This document shows positions 18,521-26,435 of a stretch of 64,000 nucleotides of DNA, in pieces. The DNA comes from Gemmatimonadales bacterium (GTDB taxonomy: Bacteria; Gemmatimonadota; Gemmatimonadetes; Gemmatimonadales; GWC2-71-9). Below the pieces are notes generated by a model. The model did no database searches, was not told where the DNA came from, and was given only the letters and a program-made list of their open reading frames with translations. The first letter of the stretch is position 1. Every line of letters starts with the position of its first letter. The position numbers and the translations under genes were made by a program. The stretch is from NCBI GenBank assembly GCA_035501775.1, contig DATJVM010000034.1, forward strand, positions 44,651-108,650, in the 5' to 3' direction.

Positions 18521-20075
18521 ACTCCTCGTGCGACGAGACCCACTCCAATGATGAGATCGCGGCCGCCAGCGAGATCTCGCCGGCGAGCACCACCCCGGCG
18601 ACGATCTCGGCGAACTTGTTGACCTTGCCCTTCCCTACGCAGCCGAGGATCTCGAGGCATTCCCGCTGGGTGGGGAGGTGCGTGCCGCCGCCGTGGGTGG
18701 CGACGATCAGCGATGGGATCGTTATCGACAGGTACAGGTCCTTTTCAGGTGTCAGCTCGGCGTAGGAGATGCCCGCCGATCCTTCGGCCACGTTGGCCAC
18801 GTCCTGTCCGGTCGCGATGAACATGGCCGTGATGGCGTTCGGCGAATGGGCGCCATTGTTGTTCGCGCCGGAGAGAATGGCGCCGACGTTGGCCACGCCC
18901 CAGTGGTAGTGGAGGCTCTCCGGCTCTACTCGCATGACGTCGAGCAGCACGTCGCGCTTGATCACGCACTCGGCGGTCACCCGCTTCCCCCGGGTCCGCA
19001 TCAGGTTCACCTGGGACGCCTTCTTGTCAGTGGCCAGGTTGGACTCCAGATAGAATCGCCGGACCGAGGGGTTGTTCTCGAGAATCCAGCTGCACGCCGC
19101 GAAGGTGGCGCGACCCACCATATTTTGCCCCGCGGCATCACCGGTGAAGAAGTTGAACCGGAGATAAGCGAACTTGCTCGCGAGATAGGTGTCGATGTAC
19201 TGTAGCTTCCCCACCCGGGTGGTGGCCTCGGCCTCGCGCTGAACGTCGGCGATGTGCTCGTCCACCCAGTCACGGAAGGCGCGGGCTTCGCGCGCAGAGT
19301 CGAACACGAACACCGGCGCGCGCTGCATGTGATCGGCCTGGATGGTGCAAGTAACCCCACCGGAAAGGTTCAGCACCTTCATGCCCCGGTTGTAGGAGGC
19401 GACCAGAGTGCCCTCGCTGGTGGCCAGGGGGATGACGAATTCCCCCTGCGCATGCTCGCCATTCACCTTGAGCGGACCCGCGAAGCCGATCGGGACCTGG
19501 GCCACGCCGGTGAAGTTCTCGATGTTCCCCTTGGTGAGCTGCGGGTCGAAGGAGTACCGGTTCAGATGCTGGAGCTTCACTCCGCTGAACTGCTCCACGA
19601 ACCGCTGGCGCTCGGCGATGATGGCCGGGGTATAGTTGTCCTCCTTGGAATAGGGGACCGAACGGGGCCGCTGCTGCGGGTGGGCGACATGATCGTTGAC
19701 CTTGAAGGCCAAGGCGCCGATCCCTTTGACCTCGATCGCGATCTCGATCTCCTGGATCCCCTCCGGCAGCGTCCGACCCGGCGCCCGCAGGTGCGCCACC
19801 TTCCGGAGCGGGAACTCCTCGGGGCGCTCGGGGGTGACGTCGCTCGCCGGCCGCCAGCGGCCGTCGCCCATATCGACCTGGAGGTCGCGCGACGAAATTT
19901 CCAAGGTTCCGAAACGCACCCGGACGATCCGGGTCAGGGTCACGTCGCTCAGGCGGTTCTTCAGGCTGAAGTGCGCGCCATCGGGCGAATTGGTGAGCGA
20001 TCCGAAGGTGTAGAGCTGCCGGAGCAGCAGTTGGGGGATCTTCATGATGGGATTCCGAGAATGAGGTCCATTCAC
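18504..20075 (-). CDS. class I-type HMG-CoA reductase with an extra N-terminal domain of about 130 aa
   Basis: Catalytic motifs EGTLVASYNRG, TGDAAGQNM and VATHGGGTHLPTQ. The first roughly 130 aa lie outside the catalytic core. The start may be at 20045. Confidence 0.85.
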   Translation of the reverse strand: MNGPHSRNPIMKIPQLLLRQLYTFGSLTNSPDGAHFSLKNRLSDVTLTRIVRVRFGTLEISSRDLQVDMGDGRWRPASDVTPERPEEFPLRKVAHLRAPGRTLPEGIQEIEIAIEVKGIGALAFKVNDHVAHPQQRPRSVPYSKEDNYTPAIIAERQRFVEQFSGVKLQHLNRYSFDPQLTKGNIENFTGVAQVPIGFAGPLKVNGEHAQGEFVIPLATSEGTLVASYNRGMKVLNLSGGVTCTIQADHMQRAPVFVFDSAREARAFRDWVDEHIADVQREAEATTRVGKLQYIDTYLASKFAYLRFNFFTGDAAGQNMVGRATFAACSWILENNPSVRRFYLESNLATDKKASQVNLMRTRGKRVTAECVIKRDVLLDVMRVEPESLHYHWGVANVGAILSGANNNGAHSPNAITAMFIATGQDVANVAEGSAGISYAELTPEKDLYLSITIPSLIVATHGGGTHLPTQRECLEILGCVGKGKVNKFAEIVAGVVLAGEISLAAAISSLEWVSSHEEYGRNR

Positions 20076-20112
20076 TAATGTGGCACGCCGCCCGACCCAC
20101 CGCCAATCGGTC

Positions 20113-20931
20113 TCAAGCGCGGCCGCCGGCTCCGAGCCCGCGGACGAGAGCGGCCATCTCCAGCGGCCGCTCGGTGGGCACGGCGTGGCCCGTCTTCGGG
20201 TAGATGACCAGCTTCGATCGCCGCAGGCGGCGGTGCATCGCCTTGGACCAGCGGGGTTTCAAGACCCGGTCCGCACCGCCCGCCGCGATGACGCTCGTGA
20301 CGGTGATCTCGTCCAGGCGCTCGAGGAGTGAGGGGCGGGAGGCGACGGCGTGCAGGGCCTGGATCAGCGCGCGATCCTCCATGGCGCGCACGCTGCTCTC
20401 CCACCGCGCCACCGCGGCCGGATCGGCCTTGCGAAAGGACGGGCTGAAGGTGCTCCGCGCCGCCTCCCGTGCCAAGTACCGGGCCTGGCCCGTGAGCTGG
20501 ATGATGCGGGCCAGCGCGCGGATCTCGAGCGCGCGGAGCAGTTCTTCCGCCGCGGCGCTGGTGCCGACGAGCGCCAGGGCCTCGAGGCGCTTCGGGAAGT
20601 GGATGGCCAGATCGATCGCCGCCATCCCGCCCATGCTGAAGCCCAGCAGCGTTACCCGCTCGATCTCGAGATGATCCAGCAGGGCAACGAGGTCCAGGGC
20701 GAGGTCGCCGATCTCCCACTGGGTGGCCGGGACCGTGGTCCGCCCATGGCCCCGGAGGTCGGGCACGAGTACCCGGTGGTCCCGCGCCAGCTCGGTGGCG
20801 AGGCGGGCAAACATCCCGCCGTCACACCACATCCCATGGGCCAGCAGGACCGGAGGCCCGGCGCCGCGCTCCTCGAGATGCACCACGAGGTCGCGGAGCG
20901 GAATAGCGTGCTCGGTGGCGGATGACGTCAC
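20113..20931 (-). CDS. alpha/beta-fold hydrolase
   Basis: HGMWCDG oxyanion region and nucleophile elbow GFSMGG; 4-nt overlap with coxG. Confidence 0.8.
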   Translation of the reverse strand: MTSSATEHAIPLRDLVVHLEERGAGPPVLLAHGMWCDGGMFARLATELARDHRVLVPDLRGHGRTTVPATQWEIGDLALDLVALLDHLEIERVTLLGFSMGGMAAIDLAIHFPKRLEALALVGTSAAAEELLRALEIRALARIIQLTGQARYLAREAARSTFSPSFRKADPAAVARWESSVRAMEDRALIQALHAVASRPSLLERLDEITVTSVIAAGGADRVLKPRWSKAMHRRLRRSKLVIYPKTGHAVPTERPLEMAALVRGLGAGGRA

Positions 20932-21461
20932 GCCGGGGGTGGTGGCGTCGGCTCGGGAGGTGGAGGAGCGGGCGATGGTGGGGGCGGGGTCGAGGGTGGT
21001 GCCGGACCCTGACTGGCTGCGGCGATGCTGGCGGCGAACTTGGTCCAGAACTGCTCGGTCAACTTGCGAGCTGTTCCCTCCATCAGGCGCGCCCCTATGC
21101 TCGCGACGGTACCGCTGACTTCCGTGTCGGCCTTCCAGCTGAGCCGGGTGCGGGCCGGGTCGATGGGCTCCAGGGAAAGCTCGGCCTGCACTTCGACGGC
21201 CGACCCGGGCGCCTTTCCCCGCGCCGTCATCCGGAAGTAGTTGGGGGGATTCACGTCGGTGAGCTCCACGTCGATGCCGAACCGAACCTTGATGGCGCCC
21301 ACGCCGAAGCCCGTGATCACCTTGAAATGGCGCGGATCCACGACGTCCACCGATTCCACTCCCGGCCCGTGCTTGCCGACGAAATACGGGTCGATGATCC
21401 GGGGCCAGACGTTCGCGAGGGGAGCGGCCACTTCCGGAGCGCCTGAAAAGCTGAGCTTCAT
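20928..21461 (-). CDS. coxG: CoxG/SRPBCC-family protein with a Pro-rich C-terminal tail
   Basis: CoxG-like N-terminal 140 aa (GAIKVRFGIDVELTDV..., SWKADTEVSGTVASIGARL). The tail is PAPPSTPPPPSPAPPPPEPTPPPPA. Confidence 0.75.
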   Translation of the reverse strand: MKLSFSGAPEVAAPLANVWPRIIDPYFVGKHGPGVESVDVVDPRHFKVITGFGVGAIKVRFGIDVELTDVNPPNYFRMTARGKAPGSAVEVQAELSLEPIDPARTRLSWKADTEVSGTVASIGARLMEGTARKLTEQFWTKFAASIAAASQGPAPPSTPPPPSPAPPPPEPTPPPPA

Positions 21462-22186
21462 TCCGTTTGATCCTCGAGGGCGAGGAGGTCCGCCCGGGTG
21501 TCCACGTCCGGGTTGGCGCCCGGCACGTCGATCAGGTCAACGGCGTCCGGTCGCGCGCGCAATGCCGCCCCGAGGCCCTGGTCACCGATCAGATTCTCGG
21601 CCAGCGCCCACAAGGCGCCATCGAGAAGCACGGGGTGCCCTGGCTCGTCCGGGCGACTCGCGTACCGGGGGCGGACGCTTCGTCCCGTGCGGCGCCACGC
21701 GCCCACCAGGCGGGAGATCGTAGCGCCAGAGAGGAGTGGTTGATCGGCCAGCACCACGAGCGCGGCACGAGGGCGGTCAGGCGCCGCCATCACCGCGAGC
21801 TCGCGGAGGCCCACGCGAAGAGACGAGGCCAACCCCGTGTCCGCCTCCGGGTTCACCACGACGCGGAGCCCGGCCGTGGCGAGGTGCCAGCCGAGCGCGG
21901 TGTCGCGAGGCGGCACCACGGCCACGCCGCCCTGGAGCGTGCCGGAGGCGATAGCTTGGCCCACGGCGACCGCCACGTGCGCGATCAGCGGGCGTCCTCG
22001 CCACGGGGCGACCAGCTTGGCGCCGCCGAAGCGGACGCTGGCACCCGCGGCGAGAACCAGCGCATGCGCGTCGCCGCCCGGCGCCGGGCTCCGGTCAGCT
22101 GCCGGCTCGCTCGTAAGCCTGCGAGACCGCCCGGATGGCGGCCACCCTCGCGAGGTGCCGACGGTATTCCCCGGGGGCATGCACAT
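21458..22186 (-). CDS. mocA: MobA/MocA-like molybdenum-cofactor nucleotidyltransferase
   Basis: LVLAAGASVRFGGAKL NTP-transferase motif. The start is uncertain: the longest ORF overlaps coxM by 92 nt, and no ATG/GTG lies close to the motif. Confidence 0.7.
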   Translation of the reverse strand: MCMPPGNTVGTSRGWPPSGRSRRLTSEPAADRSPAPGGDAHALVLAAGASVRFGGAKLVAPWRGRPLIAHVAVAVGQAIASGTLQGGVAVVPPRDTALGWHLATAGLRVVVNPEADTGLASSLRVGLRELAVMAAPDRPRAALVVLADQPLLSGATISRLVGAWRRTGRSVRPRYASRPDEPGHPVLLDGALWALAENLIGDQGLGAALRARPDAVDLIDVPGANPDVDTRADLLALEDQTE

Positions 22187-22955
22187 CGCCCGCGATCTCG
22201 AGATCTTGCACCGCTTCCCGCGCCGCCTTCTCCAGCGCGGCGGAGTCGCACTTGGTCCCGTTCACCTGCTCGAAGGTTGTGCCGAGGAAGGCCTTCTCGC
22301 CGATGCCGGTGTAGGCCACGGTGATCTCCGAGATGGTCGCGCGCTTCCGCCCGACGACCGCGCAGACCCCCACCAGGGCATAGCCCGAGGCAGCCTGATC
22401 GAAGCTCACGTACGCGGCGTGATTGCGGCCCATTGGTCCGAGCAGGATGTCGGTGAACAGTTCTTCGTCCGTCATGGCGGTGGAGAAGGCGCCCTGGAAA
22501 AAGTCGCGGGCCTTGACCGTCCGCCGGCCGCCCTTCTTCGACCGCAGCTGAAACTCGGCGTCGAGCGCGACCATCACGGCGGGCATATCGCTGGCGGGAT
22601 CCGCGTGGGCCAGCGAGCCGCCGATGGTGCCGCGGTTCCGCACCTGGATGTCGGCGATGGTGGAAGCCACCTCCGCCACGATGGGGCAACGCTCCCGGAG
22701 CACCGGGCTCGTGGCCAGGTCGGCATAGGTCGTCGCCGCCCCGATTCGCGCTCCCTTCTTGAACTCCTGCACGCCTTTGAGCTCGTCGATGCGCGAGATG
22801 TCGACCAGCTTGGGCACCTGGACCAGGCGGAAGCGCATCATCGGGAGCAGGCTGTGGCCTCCGGCGATGACCTTGGAGCCGTCTCCGGCGGCGAGCAGGT
22901 TCAAGGCCTCCTTGACCGACCCGGCGCGAACGTAATCGAAGCTGGTCGGGATCAT
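22095..22955 (-). CDS. coxM: Mo-hydroxylase FAD-binding medium subunit (CoxM-like)
   Basis: FAD-binding VIAGGHSLLPMMRFR; 286 aa; ATGA overlap with coxL. Confidence 0.9.
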   Translation of the reverse strand: MIPTSFDYVRAGSVKEALNLLAAGDGSKVIAGGHSLLPMMRFRLVQVPKLVDISRIDELKGVQEFKKGARIGAATTYADLATSPVLRERCPIVAEVASTIADIQVRNRGTIGGSLAHADPASDMPAVMVALDAEFQLRSKKGGRRTVKARDFFQGAFSTAMTDEELFTDILLGPMGRNHAAYVSFDQAASGYALVGVCAVVGRKRATISEITVAYTGIGEKAFLGTTFEQVNGTKCDSAALEKAAREAVQDLEIAGDVHAPGEYRRHLARVAAIRAVSQAYERAGS

Positions 22956-25306
22956 GACTTACCTCCCTTCGCCTTCTGGATGGCGGCCCAGACGCGCGCG
23001 GCGGTGAGCGGCTTGTCGATATGGGTGATCCCGAAGGGTTGCAGGGCATCCACCACCGCGTTCACGAGGCAGGCCGCCGAGGCGATGGTGCCCGCCTCGC
23101 CGCAGCCCTTGATGCCGAGCGGGTTGACCGGCGAGGGCGTGACGGTGTGCGCCACTTCGAGCTTCGGCATCTGGCTCGCCTTGGGCACCGCGTAATCCAT
23201 CATGGTGCCGGTGAGGAGCTGGGCCTCCTCGTCGTAGACGGCGATCTCCTGCAGCCCTTCCCCGAGGCCCTGGATGACCCCGCCGTGGATCTGGCCGTCG
23301 ACGATCATGGGGTTGATCGGCGGGCCGCAGTCGTCAACGCAGATGTAGCGGAGGATCTTCACGGCGCCGGTATCGGCGTCCACCTCGACCGTGCAGATGT
23401 GGGTCCCGAAGGGGTAGACGAAGTTGCTTGGATCGAAGAAGGCGCTGGCCTCGAGGCCAGGCTCGAGGCCCGGCGGCATGTTCCACGCGACGTTGGCCAT
23501 GAGCGCCACCTCGGCGAAGGTCTTCGCCTTGGAGGGCGTGCCCCTGACCTGGAACTTGCCGTCCTTCCACTCGAGGTCGGCCTCGTTGGCTTCGAGCAGG
23601 TGGGCGGCGAGCTTCTTGGCCTTCTCCCGGACTTTGATCGCGGCGACCTTGACCGCCGACCCGCAGACCGCCGTACTGCGACTGCCGTAGGTGCCCCAGC
23701 CCTGGGGTGTGTTGTCGGTGTCGCCGTGGATGATCTCGACGTTCTCTATCGGGTAGCCGAACTCATCCGCCACGATCTGCGCGAACGTGGTTTCCTCGCC
23801 CTGGCCGTGGGGCGAAGCGCCGATGTAGACCTTGACCACGCCGGTCGGGTAGACCCGGACCAGGGCGGAGTCGTACAGGCCTCCGCCAAAGCCGACGGCG
23901 CCGGCAACCTGGGATGGACCGAGACCGCAGATCTCGATGTAGCTCACCACTCCGACGCCGAGGTACCGTCCTTCCTTGCGGGCCTTGGCCTGCTCCGCGC
24001 GGAAGGCCTTGTAATCGAGGATTCCGACGGCCTTGTCGAGGGCCGCTTCGTAGTTGCCCGAATCGTAGATCAGCCCGGTGGCGACGGTGTAGGGGAACTT
24101 GTCCTTGGGGATGAAGTTCTTCCGCCGTACCTCGACCGGGTCCATTCCGATCTTTCGCGCGTAGATATCGACCAGGCGCTCGACAAGATAGGCGGCCTCC
24201 GGGCGTCCTGCCCCGCGATAGGCGTCGACCGGAGCGCCGTTGGTGTAGACCCCGTTGATCACGCCGTGGATGTTGGGGATGGTGTAGGCCCCCGAATACA
24301 CCAGTCCGTGCAGGATCGTGGGAATCCCCGGCGCCGCGGTGGAGGCATAGGCGCCGAGTCCGGCATAGACCTTGGTGCGGAGGCCGGTGATCCGGCCATC
24401 CTTGGTGCCGCACATCTCCACGTACTCGATGTGATCGCGGCCGTGAATGGTGACCTTGTAGTTCTCCGAGCGGTCCTCGGTCCACTTCACGGGCCGGCCC
24501 AGGTCGATCGACGCAAAGGCGGTGAGGGCCTCATCGGCGTAGGCGGGAATCTTGGAGCCGAACCCGCCACCCACCTCCGGCGCGATGACCCGGACCCGGT
24601 GCTCCGGCAGCTTGAGCATGACGGAGCAGAGGAAGCGGTGGATGTGCGGATTCTGGCTGGTTGCCCACAGAGTGAGCTGGCCCGAGCCCTTGTTGTAGCT
24701 GGCCACCGCGGCCCGGGGTTCGATCGCCGTGGGGAGCAGGCGCTGCTGGACGATACGCTCCGCGACCTTCACGTCCGCGGACTTGAACGCCGCCTCCGCG
24801 TCTCCACCCGAGACGGTCCAGGTAAAGGCGATGTTGCCGGGCACTTCGGTGTGCAGTTGCGCCGCGCCCTGAGCGGCGGCCTTCTCGGGGTCGGCCGTCG
24901 CGGGGAGCGGATCGTAATCGGCCTCGATCAGGTCGACGGCGTCCCGCGCCTCGGCCCGCGTCTCGGCCACGACCATGGCGACGGCATCACCCACGTACCG
25001 GACCTTGTCAACGGCCAGAAGCGGGTGTGGCGGCACCTTGAGATCGCAGCCCGGGACGTTCCAGGCACAGGGCACCGGGACGAGCCGGTCGGCCAGGTCC
25101 TTGCCGGTGTAGATCGCCACCACGCCGGGGGCGTTTCGGGCCGCCTTGGTGTCGACCGACTTGAGCCGGGCATGGGCGTACGGGCTGCGGACGAACATCG
25201 CGTAGACCAGTCCGGGGAGCTTCACGTCGTCGGTATACGTCGCGGAGCCCGTGATGAGGCGGGGATCCTCGCGCCGCTTGATGCCTGAGCCAAATAGCGT
25301 GGTCAT
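22952..25306 (-). CDS. coxL: Mo-hydroxylase large subunit, form II CoxL-like (AYRGAGR)
   Basis: ATG at 25306 ([20 protein letters not shown]), 785 aa. The active-site loop reads [12 protein letters not shown], which is the form-II signature, not the form-I AYXCSFR. Confidence 0.9.
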   Translation of the reverse strand: MTTLFGSGIKRREDPRLITGSATYTDDVKLPGLVYAMFVRSPYAHARLKSVDTKAARNAPGVVAIYTGKDLADRLVPVPCAWNVPGCDLKVPPHPLLAVDKVRYVGDAVAMVVAETRAEARDAVDLIEADYDPLPATADPEKAAAQGAAQLHTEVPGNIAFTWTVSGGDAEAAFKSADVKVAERIVQQRLLPTAIEPRAAVASYNKGSGQLTLWATSQNPHIHRFLCSVMLKLPEHRVRVIAPEVGGGFGSKIPAYADEALTAFASIDLGRPVKWTEDRSENYKVTIHGRDHIEYVEMCGTKDGRITGLRTKVYAGLGAYASTAAPGIPTILHGLVYSGAYTIPNIHGVINGVYTNGAPVDAYRGAGRPEAAYLVERLVDIYARKIGMDPVEVRRKNFIPKDKFPYTVATGLIYDSGNYEAALDKAVGILDYKAFRAEQAKARKEGRYLGVGVVSYIEICGLGPSQVAGAVGFGGGLYDSALVRVYPTGVVKVYIGASPHGQGEETTFAQIVADEFGYPIENVEIIHGDTDNTPQGWGTYGSRSTAVCGSAVKVAAIKVREKAKKLAAHLLEANEADLEWKDGKFQVRGTPSKAKTFAEVALMANVAWNMPPGLEPGLEASAFFDPSNFVYPFGTHICTVEVDADTGAVKILRYICVDDCGPPINPMIVDGQIHGGVIQGLGEGLQEIAVYDEEAQLLTGTMMDYAVPKASQMPKLEVAHTVTPSPVNPLGIKGCGEAGTIASAACLVNAVVDALQPFGITHIDKPLTAARVWAAIQKAKGGKS

Positions 25307-25317
25307 GGGCCTTCCCC

Positions 25318-25812
25318 TCAGACGGCGGCGCCGGTCTTCCCGGCGCGCATGGTCGCCGCCGCTGCCTGGATGGCCGCGACGATATTCTGGTACCCGGTGC
25401 AGCGGCAGAGATTGCCCTCGATCGCGTCGCGAATCTCCGCCTCGGTCGGATCGGGATGTCGTGACAGGAAGTCCGCCGCCGTCATGATCATGCCGGGCGT
25501 GCAGAACCCGCACTGGAGCCCGTGCTTTTCCCAGAACGCGGTCTGCAGCGGGTGGTGCTGACCATCTCCGCTCGCCATCCCTTCGATGGTGGTGATGCTC
25601 GAGCCCTCGGCCTGCACCGCCAGGACCGTGCAGCTTTTTACGGCGCGGCCGTCGAGGTGTACGGTGCAGGCCCCGCACTGACTGGTGTCGCAGCCGACAT
25701 GCGTGCCCGTCAGGTTGAGCTCATCCCGTAGTACGTGCACCAGAAGCGCGCGCGGCTCGACCTCGACCAGGTGCCTGTTTCCATTAATCTGGAGTGTGAC
25801 GGAGCGTTTCAT
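25318..25812 (-). CDS. coxS: Mo-hydroxylase [2Fe-2S] small subunit (CoxS-like)
   Basis: Cys clusters [18 protein letters not shown] and CRCTGY; ATG at 25812. Confidence 0.9.
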   Translation of the reverse strand: MKRSVTLQINGNRHLVEVEPRALLVHVLRDELNLTGTHVGCDTSQCGACTVHLDGRAVKSCTVLAVQAEGSSITTIEGMASGDGQHHPLQTAFWEKHGLQCGFCTPGMIMTAADFLSRHPDPTEAEIRDAIEGNLCRCTGYQNIVAAIQAAAATMRAGKTGAAV

Positions 25813-25909
25813 GCGAGCTTCCTCGACGATGCGGAGGGGGCGCCGGAGCGCGGGAACACGAGGCGCCAGGGTGAGGGGGGCCCGGGCGCCCTTTCTGTCC
25901 GGGCGGGTT

Positions 25910-25938
25910 AGGGTACTGCTCACCCGGAACCCGGTCAA
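25910..25938 (-). promoter_or_regulatory. candidate promoter of the cox operon
   Basis: On the minus strand: TTGACC (25938-25933), a 17-nt spacer, then TACCCT (25915-25910), about 95 nt upstream of the coxS ATG. Confidence 0.3.
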
Positions 25939-25951
25939 GACGGCGGCGGGC

Positions 25952-25980
25952 TTGACCCGATCCGTCGTGCCCGGTACAAT
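25952..25980 (+). promoter_or_regulatory. near-consensus sigma70-like promoter with no downstream protein gene
   Basis: TTGACC (25952-25957), a 17-nt spacer, then TACAAT (25975-25980), in a locally AT-rich patch. It is back-to-back with the cox promoter candidate. Confidence 0.5.
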
Positions 25981-25986
25981 ATTCAC

Positions 25987-26120
25987 ACTTATGCATATGC
26001 GGCCTGCGGTGCCCGGAAATCGAAACTCGAACCGTGTCTCCAGGGAGACGGGTCGAGCCTAGGCGCATTCTGCATCCCGCTGCCATGCCGGCCCGTCGCT
26101 CGAGCGGCGGGTTTTTTATT
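25987..26120 (+). ncRNA. candidate small RNA of about 130 nt (or leaderless micro-ORF transcript), family unknown
   Basis: Bounded by the promoter above and an intrinsic terminator. It contains internal hairpins (GTCTCCAGGGAGAC; GCATATGC). It holds only a 23-codon ORF (ATG 25991), which has no Shine-Dalgarno sequence. Confidence 0.3.
26092..26120 (+). terminator. rho-independent terminator
   Basis: CCCGTCGC-TCGA-GCGGCGGG (8-bp stem with one G-U pair) followed by TTTTTTATT. Confidence 0.7.
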
Positions 26121-26199
26121 GCCGGAAAGCACGGAAAGGCGGCGGAGTCGGTCGGGCTTCCGATGTCGCCGGCCGATAGTAAGGCGATCCGATTCTCCT

Positions 26200-26272
26200 T
26201 GGGGTGTAGCTCAACTGGCAGAGCGCCCGGCTGTTAACCGGGAGGTTGCAGGTTCGACCCCTGCCGCCCCAG
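26200..26272 (+). tRNA. tRNA-Asn (anticodon GTT)
   Basis: Hand-folded cloverleaf: acceptor TGGGGTG/CGCCCCA, D arm GCTC-AACTGGCA-GAGC, anticodon arm CCCGG-CTGTTAA-CCGGG, T arm GCAGG-TTCGACC-CCTGC, discriminator G; 73 nt, no encoded CCA. Confidence 0.9.
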
Positions 26273-26435
26273 TATCATCCACCTCTGACAGCGGGACCGG
26301 GGGCTTCCCTGCGCCACGGGCAGCCCTCGAACCGCAGCCTCCTGTGGCCACCCCGCGGAAGCTGGGACCCACCTTCCCTCCGCCCCTCATAACCTCATGC
26401 CTTGAGACGGTTTCGGCGCCGGTTACTTTGATCGC

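Noticed and set aside
18504-20075. Mevalonate-pathway operon.
   Set aside because: Only HMG-CoA reductase is present. The flanking genes are an ABC1 kinase and an alpha/beta hydrolase, not MVA enzymes.
23021-25288. A 755-aa plus-strand ORF opposite coxL.
   Set aside because: It is entirely antisense to a motif-rich Mo-hydroxylase large subunit. Its composition (G/R/D/V-rich) and lack of motifs indicate a shadow ORF.
22952-25306. Bona fide aerobic carbon-monoxide dehydrogenase.
   Set aside because: The active-site loop is AYRGAGR (form II), not the AYXCSFR of form I CO-oxidising enzymes. It was therefore annotated only as a CoxL-like Mo-hydroxylase of unknown substrate.
25987-26120. Identification of the candidate sRNA as SRP (4.5S) RNA, 6S RNA or a tRNA leader.
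   Set aside because: - The conserved SRP helix-8 sequence (GGAA tetraloop followed by GGAAGCAGC-like) is absent.
- It is too short for 6S, tmRNA or RNase P.
- A strong terminator separates it from the tRNA.
It is left as an unknown family.
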